Assembly: GCA_964536085.1 (NCBI GenBank)
Contig: CAZHWR010000003.1
Span: 1,540 to 65,539, forward strand
DNA from: an uncultured Oscillospiraceae bacterium
GTDB taxonomy: Bacteria > Bacillota > Clostridia > Oscillospirales > Ruminococcaceae
DNA length: 64,000 bases
Reading direction: 5' to 3'
The translations under genes and the position numbers were made by a program. The notes under the pieces were generated by a model. It had not been told where the DNA came from. It was given only the letters and a program-made list of their open reading frames with translations, and did not search any database. The stretch's first letter is position 1; each line of letters starts with the position of its first letter. Below are positions 19,053 through 28,871 of this stretch, piece by piece.

Positions 19053-21284
19053 ATGAAGGATAACGACGAATTTTTCTCGGTTGAAGAAATACTCGCCGAG
19101 GTCGCCGCGGCAGCTGACGGAGACAACAGCGCTTTGTACGGCGACGGGGATTCCGACGTCATTGTCGATGACATTTTAGGCAGTGCGGATAAAATATCCG
19201 CGCCGGATATAATCGGCGCAGATGCTCCGCTTGATGCAGATAAGTCGCTTCTGAACGACGATTTTTTCGACCCGGTGCGTAAAAGCCATTTTTTTAACGA
19301 ATGGTCAGCGAACAGCAGGGACGATGTGCCTCAGGAGGACGGCTTTGAAGCCAAAATCGAGTCTGTGGGAAAAAGTGCTGAAAGCGATGCTGTGCAAACG
19401 CAGTCTAAGCCTGTTAAAGCATCGAAAGAAAAAAAGCCCGCAGTTCAAAGCCGTGCTGAGGCGTTAAAGCAAGAAAAACCGTTGGCTGAAGAAGCAAAGC
19501 ATTACGGCGAAGCCATCCATGGCGACGATTATGCCGAAGATCTGTCTGACGATTTGGATTGCCCGCATGACAATGCGGATCTGACAAATGAAGAAATATC
19601 GCAGATGCTCGCGAAACGGCAGAAATCGGCAAAATCGGGCTGTGTGTTGTCCGGACTGCTGGCTGCCGCGGCAGTAGTTATAGAGATTTTGAATCACTTT
19701 AAATCGGTTACGCCCGATATTATAAGCGCGGCGGCTTCACCCACCATATACTGCGCAGTCAATTTGATTCTTTTGGCGCTCGGAGCAGCGGCGGCGTATA
19801 AGCCGCTGATATATGGTATCAGCTGTTTGCTCAGAATGAAGGCGAATAAGTACTCTTTGAGCGCACTGGCCGCGGCGGGTTGTATTATTCAAGGCGCAGT
19901 ATTTATCGTGTTTCCGCCGGACGGATTCGGAATCGGAAATATCCATCTTTACGCGCCTGTTGCATTGGTTTCTCTTGCGTTTGCGTGCTTCGGATACAAA
20001 ACTCAAGCGGACAATGCGGTGTTGAACTTAAAAGTCGTTTCCAGCAAGTACGATAAGTACGGTGTTATGATAATGAAAGACAGCTTTGCCGCTCCTTTCA
20101 CAAAGGGCGTGGTGTACGATGTTCCCGTGCTTGCATTCAGAAAAGAGACTGACGGGGTGGACAACTTCGCAGGGAGGGCTTTCTCGCGCGATGCAGTGGA
20201 TTCAGTCAGCCGCGTTTTAGCTCCGTTTGTGGCGGCAGCTGCGGTAATACTCGGTGCGGCTGTGGGATTCACCATGAACAGCGTCGGCACGGGGCTCACC
20301 GTGTTCGCCGCTATTGTGACGGTCAGCGCGCCGTTTACATATGTGCTTGGCTCTGCACTCACTATGAAAAAAGCTGTGAAGCGGCTGGTAAAATTAGGCG
20401 GTACCATCGTTGGCAGCGGAGGAACTGATTTTTACAGCTACACCAACTCTATCGTTTTAAACGCGCGCTCTCTTTTCCCGCAGGACACTGTCGTTCTGCA
20501 CGGAATCAAGACATTTGGCGGAGCCAGAATCGACGATGCGATATTGTCCGCCGCGTCGGTCGCGTGCGCGTGCGACAGTGTGCTCAGGGATATGTTCATG
20601 CAGATAATTTCGGGGAAAAAGGACATGCTCAGCCATGCGGAAGGATTGCAGTATGAAGACGGTTACGGAGTTTCGGCGTGGGTCAATAAAAAGCGAGTGT
20701 TGATCGGCACAAGGGAGCATATGCTCAACTACGGAGTGGACGCGCCGTCTAAGGACTACGAAGAAAAATACGCGGACGGAAAAAACGAGCTTGTCTATCT
20801 TTCGGTTTCAGGCGAGCTTTCAGCGGTTTTTGTCGTTGAGCTTTTGGCGGACAGTTCGGTGGTGCATGCGCTCAGAATGCTGGAATACAAAGATGTAGCA
20901 GTCGTTATCGATACGTCGGACGCAATCATAACTCAGGAAAAGATGGAAAAGCTTTTCGGGATAGACAGACAGTCGGTAAAAATACTGCCGTCGCGCTTAA
21001 AGTCGGATCACGAGCAGGCGCAGGAATACATCCCAAAGATAGAAAGCGGCATTATAGTCAACAATACCGCCGCTTCGTTTGCCGCGGCGGTGTGTGAGGC
21101 GAAAAAGCTGAAATCGTCGTTTATGCTCCAGATTATTTTGCATTTGGCGTCGGTTTTGGCGGGATTTCTGATGATAGCGGCGTTTGCATTTATACGGGAT
21201 TTTTCCCAGCTTACGACTCCGATGCTGATGGTTTATCAGGCGATGTGGGCGGTAATATGCATCATTGCTGCAAAAATCAAATAA
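19053..21284 (+). CDS. Polytopic membrane protein, degenerate P-type ATPase homolog with acidic disordered N-terminus
   Basis: About 190 aa of acidic low-complexity sequence, then TM helices and a cytoplasmic block collinear with P-type ATPase P/N domains (..WVNKKRVLIGTREHMLNYGV.., ..LVYLSVSGELSAVFVVELLAD..). DKTGT is replaced by LNARS, and no TGES or GDGxND motif is present. Confidence 0.55.
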   Translation: MKDNDEFFSVEEILAEVAAAADGDNSALYGDGDSDVIVDDILGSADKISAPDIIGADAPLDADKSLLNDDFFDPVRKSHFFNEWSANSRDDVPQEDGFEAKIESVGKSAESDAVQTQSKPVKASKEKKPAVQSRAEALKQEKPLAEEAKHYGEAIHGDDYAEDLSDDLDCPHDNADLTNEEISQMLAKRQKSAKSGCVLSGLLAAAAVVIEILNHFKSVTPDIISAAASPTIYCAVNLILLALGAAAAYKPLIYGISCLLRMKANKYSLSALAAAGCIIQGAVFIVFPPDGFGIGNIHLYAPVALVSLAFACFGYKTQADNAVLNLKVVSSKYDKYGVMIMKDSFAAPFTKGVVYDVPVLAFRKETDGVDNFAGRAFSRDAVDSVSRVLAPFVAAAAVILGAAVGFTMNSVGTGLTVFAAIVTVSAPFTYVLGSALTMKKAVKRLVKLGGTIVGSGGTDFYSYTNSIVLNARSLFPQDTVVLHGIKTFGGARIDDAILSAASVACACDSVLRDMFMQIISGKKDMLSHAEGLQYEDGYGVSAWVNKKRVLIGTREHMLNYGVDAPSKDYEEKYADGKNELVYLSVSGELSAVFVVELLADSSVVHALRMLEYKDVAVVIDTSDAIITQEKMEKLFGIDRQSVKILPSRLKSDHEQAQEYIPKIESGIIVNNTAASFAAAVCEAKKLKSSFMLQIILHLASVLAGFLMIAAFAFIRDFSQLTTPMLMVYQAMWAVICIIAAKIK

Positions 21285-21300
21285 ATAAACAGACGTTATT

Positions 21301-21335
21301 AAAAAACCGGCGCAAATATTTTGCGCCGGTTTTTA
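21301..21335 (+). terminator. Rho-independent terminator
   Basis: Stem CCGGCGCAA / TTGCGCCGG followed by TTTTT. Confidence 0.85.
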
Positions 21336-21583
21336 TTGTGCAAGATTACTACATAATAAACGGTATTTTCTACACTTTATTTGTGTGGTTTTCTTTTTTT
21401 ATATAGAAATGATTCAACATATATGATATAATTACTTGTATAATTAGAAAAAAATTATTGTAATTGCACATATGGCGGCGGCGAGAATAACTCGTCCTCA
21501 GCAGTCATATGATGTAAATGGCGCTGTGCGAAGTCTGACGGTGAAACCGCGCACAGAGTCAAAGAAAGGAATGGTCACGAGTT

Positions 21584-23638
21584 ATGGGACAACAAAAAGC
21601 TGACAGGATTATCAATATCGCGGTATGCGGTCACGGCGGGTGCGGAAAGACAACCTTAGCCGAGAGTATTTTATATATTGCAGGCAAGCTTGACAAGCCG
21701 GGAAAGGTCGCTTCGGGAAATACCGTACTCGACTTTGACCCTGAGGAAATCAAAAGGACCGCCTCTGTTTCGACCGCTATGGCGTGCTTTGAATACAAGG
21801 ACTACAAAATAAATCTTTTGGACACTCCCGGAATGTTCGATTTTGTCGCGGGAGTTCACGAGGGCTTGTCCGCTGCAGACAGTGTTTTGATAGCGCTTTC
21901 CGGAAAATCAGGCGTAACGGTCGGGGCAAAGTCCGCGTATAAGCTTGCAAAGGAAGCGTTAAAGCCCCGCGCGTTTTTCGTCTCAAAGCTGGACGCTGAC
22001 AACGCGAGCTTTTTCAAAGTGCTTGAGGAATTAAAAACCGAGTTCGGGCCGTCGGTCTGCCCGCTTTCCGTGCCGTTTTACGACAATTTCCACGAAGGCG
22101 TAATGGGCTATGTTGATTTGATAGAGATGAAAGCATATAAATACTCGGACGACGGCAAGGCTCAGCCGACCGATATGCCCGAGTCTGAACACAGGCTTGA
22201 GGGTCTTGTGACTGCAATAAGCGAGGCGGTTGCAGAGACTGACGAGGATATGTTCAACAAGTATTTTTCGGGTGAAACGTTCACTCCCGACGAAATTAAA
22301 AAAGGCGTTAAAAAAGGCGTCAAGGAAGGAACGATATCCCCTGTTTTCTGCGGTTCAGGTATGATGTGCACAGGTGTGGATATGTTGCTGAACGGTATCG
22401 TCAACCTTTTCCCTGCGGCAAGCGAAGCTCCCGCCGCGCTGACGGACGAGATGGAGGATATTCCGTGTGACGAAGCCGCTCCCGTTTGCGCGCAGGTGTT
22501 CAAAACCGTGGCGGATCCGTTTGTCGGCAAGCTGTCATACATAAAGGTTTTGTCGGGCGTTTTAAAGCCGGAGGCAGTTTTGGTCAATTCGTCGGACGGC
22601 TCGCAGGAGAAAATCGGAAAGCTGTCAGCGGCATTCGGCAAAAAGCTTACCGAGGTGAAGCAGGCCGCGGCGGGGGACATCGTCGTTGCCTCAAAACTGT
22701 CGGCTAAGACGGGTGACACGCTTTGCGAATCGTCGCGCGTGGTAAAGCTGATGAAGACCGAATACCCCAAGCCCTGTTATAATATGGCTATAGTGATGAA
22801 TTCAAAGGGCGACGAAAGCAAAATTTCGCAGGGTATCCACCGTCTTTTGGAGGAGGACCTGACGCTTGGCTTCACAGTAAACGATGAGACTCACGAGCAG
22901 GTCATCAGCGGATTGGGCGATCAACATCTGGATGTTTCGCTTTCGAAGCTCAAATCGAAATTCGGCGTTGATATTTCACTCAAAGAGCCGAAGGTTCCAT
23001 ACAGGGAAACGATTCGCAAAAGCGTTAAGGCGGAAGGTAAGCACAAAAAGCAAACCGGAGGTCACGGTCAGTTCGGTCATGTGGTCATGGAGTTTGAGCC
23101 GTGCGATGGCGATGAAATATTGTTTGAAGAAAAGGTATTCGGCGGAGCGGTTCCGAAGAGCTATTTCCCCGCTGTAGAAAAGGGAATACGCGAAGCGGCG
23201 CTCACAGGCGTTATAGCGGGATATCCGATGGTCGGCATGAAAGCCACGCTGCTCGACGGCTCGTATCACCCGGTGGATTCGTCCGAAATGGCGTTCAAAA
23301 TGGCGGCCAATATCGCCTACCGCGAGGGTATTCCCAATGCGACTCCCGTTTTGCTCGAACCGATAGGATATGTCAAGGCGTATATCCCCGATTCGTGTAC
23401 CGGCGACATGATGGGCGAGCTCAATAAACGCCGCGGCAGGGTGTTGGGAATGAATCCGCAGGGCGAGGGAATAACGCTGGTCGAGGCGGAGGCTCCCGTG
23501 AGCGAGATGCATGATTTTGCAATGGTTGTCCGCCAGATGACGCAGGGCGCGGGCTGGTTTACATTCAATTTTGTCCGCTATGAACAGCTTCCGAGCCATT
23601 TGGAGGCAAAGGTAATAGAACAGGCTAAAGAAGATTAA
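21584..23638 (+). CDS. Elongation factor G paralog (EF-G family GTPase)
   Basis: G1 GHGGCGKTT, G3 DTPG, G4 SKLD, and C-terminal EF-G domains III-V (GGHGQFGHV, AFKMAA). It is not in the str operon, so it is a second EF-G-like copy. Confidence 0.88.
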   Translation: MGQQKADRIINIAVCGHGGCGKTTLAESILYIAGKLDKPGKVASGNTVLDFDPEEIKRTASVSTAMACFEYKDYKINLLDTPGMFDFVAGVHEGLSAADSVLIALSGKSGVTVGAKSAYKLAKEALKPRAFFVSKLDADNASFFKVLEELKTEFGPSVCPLSVPFYDNFHEGVMGYVDLIEMKAYKYSDDGKAQPTDMPESEHRLEGLVTAISEAVAETDEDMFNKYFSGETFTPDEIKKGVKKGVKEGTISPVFCGSGMMCTGVDMLLNGIVNLFPAASEAPAALTDEMEDIPCDEAAPVCAQVFKTVADPFVGKLSYIKVLSGVLKPEAVLVNSSDGSQEKIGKLSAAFGKKLTEVKQAAAGDIVVASKLSAKTGDTLCESSRVVKLMKTEYPKPCYNMAIVMNSKGDESKISQGIHRLLEEDLTLGFTVNDETHEQVISGLGDQHLDVSLSKLKSKFGVDISLKEPKVPYRETIRKSVKAEGKHKKQTGGHGQFGHVVMEFEPCDGDEILFEEKVFGGAVPKSYFPAVEKGIREAALTGVIAGYPMVGMKATLLDGSYHPVDSSEMAFKMAANIAYREGIPNATPVLLEPIGYVKAYIPDSCTGDMMGELNKRRGRVLGMNPQGEGITLVEAEAPVSEMHDFAMVVRQMTQGAGWFTFNFVRYEQLPSHLEAKVIEQAKED

Positions 23639-23652
23639 AAGAAATATAGAAT

Positions 23653-23684
23653 AAAAAAGGCGCTTTTTAAAAGCGCCTTTTTTA
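23653..23684 (+). terminator. Rho-independent terminator
   Basis: Stem AAGGCGCTTT / AAGCGCCTT followed by a T-run. Confidence 0.85.
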
Positions 23685-24058
23685 TGCACAAACGGGGTTA
23701 TGTTTTTTTGTGAATAAAGACGGCGTATGGGGCTTTCTAAGTGCAGCGTTGAGATGGTTGATTTGGGCGCTGTCTTTGGCGGATATTGCTGTAGTGATTA
23801 TGCAATGATTATGGCATCATGCGTGGGGAACATGAGCATTGCAGCGAATTTACAGTCGTGATTTAGGGGGGAAAGTTTTGTACGATATAATCTGCGTTTA
23901 TGTTTATAAGGTGTATAAAACCGATCCGATGTTATACTGCAAGCGAAGGAAATAGCAGAAATGGTAAACAATTAAAGCCCCTGCAAAACTTGTTCCAGAT
24001 CAGTTGACTTTTTGGATAAAATGCGGCATGACTATTATGTGTTGTTGTACGATTTTCG

Positions 24059-24365
24059 TTGAAGCGCGAAGAGGGGAAGGATAACATAAAGAAAAATAAA
24101 CTTGTGACTCCTGTTCTAAAATGGGTGGGAGGAAAAAGACAGCTTTTAGAAACTTTCAAGCCGTTGTTGCCGAGCAGGATAACAACATACTTTGAACCAT
24201 TTGTCGGCGGTGGAGCGTTGCTGTTCTATCTTAAGCCGAACACAGCCTAAATAAACGATATAAATTCAGATCTAATATGCGTATATACTGTCATAAAAAA
24301 CGATGTAGAATCACTTATTGCCGAGTTGGGAAAATACGAAAACACCCAAGAATGCTTTTATGTGC
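24059..24365 (+). pseudogene. Dam-family N6-adenine DNA methyltransferase, N-terminal fragment with in-frame stop
   Basis: PVLKWVGGKRQLL and YFEPFVGGGALLF (SAM-binding FxGxG) are present. A TAA at 24248-24250 is followed in the same frame by INDINSDLICVY. Homology ends near residue 100, and no DPPY catalytic motif is present anywhere downstream. Confidence 0.75.
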
Positions 24366-24380
24366 AAGGAGTGGATGTAT

Positions 24381-24707
24381 ATGCGGCTTAACCTCAGCAG
24401 TAATATAGCCGAAAAATATAATTCGGGTTCACAGGCAGCCATAGTTATGACGGAAAATTGGGTTAGTGAAAATATGTACTGCCCAAGATATGGGAATATA
24501 CATCTTAAACACTTTGAAAATAACCGTCCGGTTGCCGATCCCTTTTGTTCCGAATGTAATAGTGAATATGAGTTGAAAAGTAAGAATGGGGCATTTGGTC
24601 GAAAAATCAGACAACAACTTCAACTTTTGAGGGATAACGGCTTTATTGAATTTTTAGGAAATGGACAATACAGAAAATATTATGAGGTTATCATTGCCGG
24701 AGCTTAA
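24381..24707 (+). pseudogene. DpnI-like methyl-directed restriction endonuclease with large in-frame internal deletion
   Basis: The N-terminus ..SQAAIVMTENWVSENMYCPRYGNIHLKHFENNRPVADPFCSECNSEYELKSKNGAF is joined directly to KIRQQLQLLRDNGFIEFLGNGQYRKY. These correspond to the first ~80 and last ~28 residues of S. pneumoniae DpnI as I recall it. CPNCG has also degenerated to CPRYG. Confidence 0.7.
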
Positions 24708-25975
24708 ATGATACTGCGTGGGAATTGCTGTTTAATAAATATGATATTTTGAAGCATATTGATGAGACAGGACGGTTTTAAATATCCGCCCGACAAACTA
24801 AAGAAGTGCGCGAACCGCGCTTAATTACCAAGTTTGACCACATTATCAATCTGCCGCGGATATTTTCGGATAACGGACTTTCTATTCTTCCCGTAACCTG
24901 CGGAGAATATGTTATTTCCCATTTTGATGCGTATCACAAATTTGAGCCGGACAACGCCCCTATTACCAGAGCGCCGCTGCCCTCATACATACAGAGTTTA
25001 GACAGTAACAACATACCAAGCGAAGCGATTGCACTAAACTGTGCTGTTGCGTCGGGTATTATCGCGGACTTTTTGGGTGACGAAGAAATTGTCTCAACAG
25101 TTTCCGGCAGAATGGGTTCGGGTTCGTTCGATTTTCATATCAATAACCTGAAAAGTAAATCGTCTTGTTGCGTTACCGTAAGTAATTCACAGATTGAAAT
25201 TGATGCGGCATATGAGGGTATACGCAGTCTTGCTTTATTTGAAGCAAAGCGCGATCTTTCCGAGGATTTTTTGGTGCGGCAGCTTTATTATCCGTACAGA
25301 GTATGGCAGAGCCGTATAACAAAACCTGTCAGACCGCTGTTTATGATTTACTCAAACGGTATCTATCATATTTATGAGTATGAGTTTCAGGAACCAAACA
25401 ATTATAATTCTATTGCCATTATACAACAACGCAACTATACAGTTGAAGACACTGCCATTACAGCGGATGATATACAACAGGTTTTGTATTCAGTTGTTTG
25501 CAAAGGTGAACCCAGTTTGCCGTTTCCGCAGGCTGACAAATTTGAACGTGTTATTAACATTTGTGAATTGCTTAATGTTCAAGATTTAAGTCGTAATGAA
25601 GTGACTGAGCGTTATGCTTTTGACGCACGACAGACAAATTATTATACTGATGCAGCGCAGTATTTAGGGCTTATAGAAAAAGAGCGGGAAAATGGCAGCC
25701 CACTATATAAACTTTCTGACAAGGGGCGTACAATCCTAAATATGGGATATAAGCAAAGACAACTAGCATTCTGCGCTTGTATTTTGGCGCATAGCGCATT
25801 TTCTGACACGCTAAAAAAATATTTTGAAACAGGTGTTATGCCGCTCAAAAATGAAATTATACAGACTATGAAAAAATCCAACCTATATAATGTCAATAGC
25901 GATAGCACCTTTGAGCGGCGTTCTTCTACCATAAAAGGTTGGGTAAACTGGATTGTCGAGTTGATTAACGAATAG
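24682..25975 (+). pseudogene. PD-(D/E)XK nuclease-like protein with C-terminal winged-helix region, N-terminus disrupted (frameshift plus in-frame TAA)
   Basis: MRLSLPELK (frame 1) shifts in an A-run near 24706 to NDTAWELLFNKYDILKHIDETGRF, then a TAA at 24779-24781, then ISARQTKEVREPRLITKFDH... in the long ORF 24806-25975. A candidate nuclease motif is IEID...(n)...FEAK. A GTG at 24806 could still give a truncated product. Confidence 0.5.
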
Positions 25976-26097
25976 TTTTTCAGTTAAACGCTTGCTATCG
26001 TGCAGCATCTGCTTATAGATTTAAGCGACAAACAAGCGACAAACCGAAATTACGGCGCATAAAAATTCGCACAAAAGCATAATTAAATAATCCGCAG

Positions 26098-26142
26098 AAA
26101 CACGCTATATGCACATTATATGCAGCATAGCGTGTTTTTTTT
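26098..26142 (+). terminator. Rho-independent terminator
   Basis: Stem CACGCTAT...ATAGCGTG followed by T8. Confidence 0.75.
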
Positions 26143-26307
26143 ACGCTATGGGGAAAGGTTTGGAATTTATAGGATAGCTGATTTTATGATATAGTAGCAC
26201 AAAGGTCTTTTTTATAAGGAGAATCGTTGCCTTTTATGGTACTTTAATTTCTCCGCAGGAATATTCGTTTATTTGTGCGCATAAAATAATTTGTTGCGGG
26301 CATTATT

Positions 26308-26340
26308 TTGACATAATTTTCGCACGGCAGTTTTTATAAT
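26308..26340 (+). promoter_or_regulatory. Candidate spoIIE promoter, TTGACA-N21-TATAAT
   Basis: TTGACA at 26308-26313 and TATAAT at 26335-26340, separated by 21 nt, about 65 nt upstream of the spoIIE start. Confidence 0.35.
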
Positions 26341-26406
26341 GGTTTCATGGCGCTGATTTGCAGCAAGAACGGCGCGTTAGAACTAACCGGGATTATCTTT
26401 TAAGGC

Positions 26407-28743
26407 ATGGTGATAAATGTGAAAACTGTCAAGGCGATTATAAAGGAAAGGAATATTACTCCGACACTGGAACGCAAAGCGTATTATCCCATCGTATTCT
26501 TGCTTTCGTTTGTTGCGTCAAACGGGCAGGTTTTAGGAACGTTGTCGCCGTTTACCTCGGCGATAATAGCGGCGCTTCCTTACGGCTTGAGCATAACGGC
26601 GTTTTTTGGCAGTATGGTGGGTTATGTGCTGTTCGGAGGAATGATAAACAATCTTTCCTGTTTTATCGCAACTATTTTAGTGCTGACAGTAAAGTTCTGC
26701 CTTCAGGCATTTTCGGGAGCGATATCAAAAAGAGGACTGGAGGCTACGGTAAACTGTATAGTATGTACGATTGCGGTTTTGGGAACGGGACTCATATGGA
26801 CGCTTTTGATAAACAATAATACGGTCAATATAATTATAGCCGTTGCGCAAAGCTTTATGGCGGGAAGCATGACATATTTCTGTTGGCTTGCATTTAAAAC
26901 TGTGAGCGGGAAAAAACCGATTGATTCATACGCCCAAATAAGCAGTCTGCTGGTGGTGCTGGCAGTGCTTATACTTTCACTCTTTTCTATAGATACGGGG
27001 TATGTTAATGTAGGGCGTATATTGGGCGTGTTGTTAACGCTTGTTTTGATGGACGCCCGCGGAGTAACGGGCGCTGTGACAGGCGGTTCAATCGCCGGAG
27101 TTTGCTCTATACTTTACAGCGCTGAGTTTGCAGCTCCAGCGGGGATATTAACGCTTGCTTCATTTTTCGGCGGAGTTATAAAGCCGATTGGAAAAACCGC
27201 GCAGACGGCTATGTTTATCGTCGCTGCTACTGCGTTTACGGTGGTATCTGGCGCGTCGCAGGTTCAGATATATCAAATGCTGGATATTTTTATCGCCTCG
27301 GTTCTGTTTACGGCAATTCCCAAGAGAGCCACCCAAAAGCTGAGTGTTTTAACCGTGGGCTATTCGGAGGCAAAAAAGCAGGCGGACTCACCGGCTTCGG
27401 TCAACAGGGCGGTGGCGGCGAAGCTTCAGATGGCTTCGGGCGCTATAGACGATTTGAGCGATTCGGTAAAAAAGGTTTCAAAGCAGATGGAAAGCGTTTC
27501 AGCGCAGGACATATCAACGGTTTATACAAACGCGGCGGATAAGGTATGCACAAAATGCGGTTTCAGACTTTTGTGCTGGGAGGATTCATATAACGACACT
27601 ATGAGCGCATTAAATTCATTCACAAAAAAACTCAGGACAAGCGGAAAGGTCAGGCAGGAGGATATGCCAAAAGGACTTTCCGACCGTTGCTGCAAACCAA
27701 AAGAGCTAATAAATGCTGTGAACAGTTATTACGGAGTTTATCTGGACAAAAAACGGCTTGCGAGGAACATAAGCCAGTCGAGAAGCATAGCGATAGAACA
27801 GTTTGAGGGCATTGCTGATATGCTATGTGAAATAAGCGGAGAGTTATCCGATATAGTAAAGCTTGATCCAAAATCCGCGGTAAAGGCAAAAAGAGTACTG
27901 GACGAAATGCAGATAAGCACGACGCAGGTGAGCGCATTCATCGACAAATATTCGAGGATGAGCCTGGATGTTTATACGCCCGACACACTCGCCTGTTCAG
28001 CGCAAATTCTGGCGGATAAGCTGTCCGACACGCTCGGGAGGGAATTTGAGGTACCGAGTGTTGTCGCCGCGGGAGGCGTTACAAAGCTTTCGTTTTTTGA
28101 GCAGGCCAACTACACGCTAGATTTTTACACAGCTCAGTCGTCCGTCAGCGGCGGTACATGCGGGGATTCATATGAATTTTTTGTGGACGCAAAGGGCTAT
28201 GCCCATCTGATTTTAAGTGACGGTATGGGAAGCGGCAAACGCGCGGCCGTAGATTCGGTGATGACCTGTTCGCTGATACTAAAGCTGATAAAGGCGGGCT
28301 TCGGGCTTGCGTCGGCGTTAAAGCTCATAAACGCGTCGCTCATAGTAAAATCGGACGACGAATCCTTAGCAACGCTGGACATAGCAAAATTCGACCTTTA
28401 CATGGGCACGGTTTCGCTGTATAAAGCGGGCGCGGCGGCTACATTCATCAAAAAGGGTTCCGAGGTGTTCTGCGTGGATTCGGACTCGCTCCCTATAGGA
28501 ATACTGCGAAATATAACGTTCGACTGCTCGACCTATAAGCTTTCGGGCGGCGACGTGGTGGTGATGGTGTCCGATGGGGTCTTGTCAGGAGGAGAGGAAT
28601 GGCTTGAAGCGGAAATAGAATTGTCGGCTCATAGACCTACCGAGGAGCTTGCAGCCAGGATATTAAGAGAGGCAAAAAGGCGTTCACCTGAGCATGCGGA
28701 CGACATGACGGTCATTGCGGCAAGGTTAAAAAAAGCGGTATAG
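26407..28743 (+). CDS. spoIIE: Stage II sporulation protein E (PP2C-type phosphatase with N-terminal polytopic membrane domain)
   Basis: About 320 aa with multiple TM helices, a central regulatory region and a C-terminal PP2C domain (GDSYEFF, LSDGMGSG, VVMVSDGV, DDMTVIAARL). The exact start is uncertain: ATG 26407 or GTG 26419. Confidence 0.9.
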   Translation: MVINVKTVKAIIKERNITPTLERKAYYPIVFLLSFVASNGQVLGTLSPFTSAIIAALPYGLSITAFFGSMVGYVLFGGMINNLSCFIATILVLTVKFCLQAFSGAISKRGLEATVNCIVCTIAVLGTGLIWTLLINNNTVNIIIAVAQSFMAGSMTYFCWLAFKTVSGKKPIDSYAQISSLLVVLAVLILSLFSIDTGYVNVGRILGVLLTLVLMDARGVTGAVTGGSIAGVCSILYSAEFAAPAGILTLASFFGGVIKPIGKTAQTAMFIVAATAFTVVSGASQVQIYQMLDIFIASVLFTAIPKRATQKLSVLTVGYSEAKKQADSPASVNRAVAAKLQMASGAIDDLSDSVKKVSKQMESVSAQDISTVYTNAADKVCTKCGFRLLCWEDSYNDTMSALNSFTKKLRTSGKVRQEDMPKGLSDRCCKPKELINAVNSYYGVYLDKKRLARNISQSRSIAIEQFEGIADMLCEISGELSDIVKLDPKSAVKAKRVLDEMQISTTQVSAFIDKYSRMSLDVYTPDTLACSAQILADKLSDTLGREFEVPSVVAAGGVTKLSFFEQANYTLDFYTAQSSVSGGTCGDSYEFFVDAKGYAHLILSDGMGSGKRAAVDSVMTCSLILKLIKAGFGLASALKLINASLIVKSDDESLATLDIAKFDLYMGTVSLYKAGAAATFIKKGSEVFCVDSDSLPIGILRNITFDCSTYKLSGGDVVVMVSDGVLSGGEEWLEAEIELSAHRPTEELAARILREAKRRSPEHADDMTVIAARLKKAV

Positions 28744-28871
28744 CAGCGATAAAACGGCCCGGTTGAAAATACATTTCAATCGGGCTATAATAGTTTTATC
28801 GGAATCATGCTCCGCCGTGATTGCCTGAAAGGCATCCGGCAGGTTATTAATATACAGAAAGCTGGTTAAAA

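Noticed and set aside
21470-21583. Hairpins upstream of the EF-G paralog (CATATG...CATATG and CTGTGCG...CGCACAG) as a regulatory leader
   Set aside because: The stems are short with large loops, there is no terminator or antiterminator logic, and no match to a known leader. The evidence is too weak to report as a feature.
22976-23689. 237-aa minus-strand ORF, together with the similar one at 22162-22770
   Set aside because: Both are antisense to the EF-G paralog and have no motifs or RBS. They are shadow ORFs.
26358-26819. 153-aa ORF overlapping the spoIIE 5' end in another frame
   Set aside because: The spoIIE frame continues for 778 aa with coherent TM helices and a PP2C domain. The alternate frame has no features.
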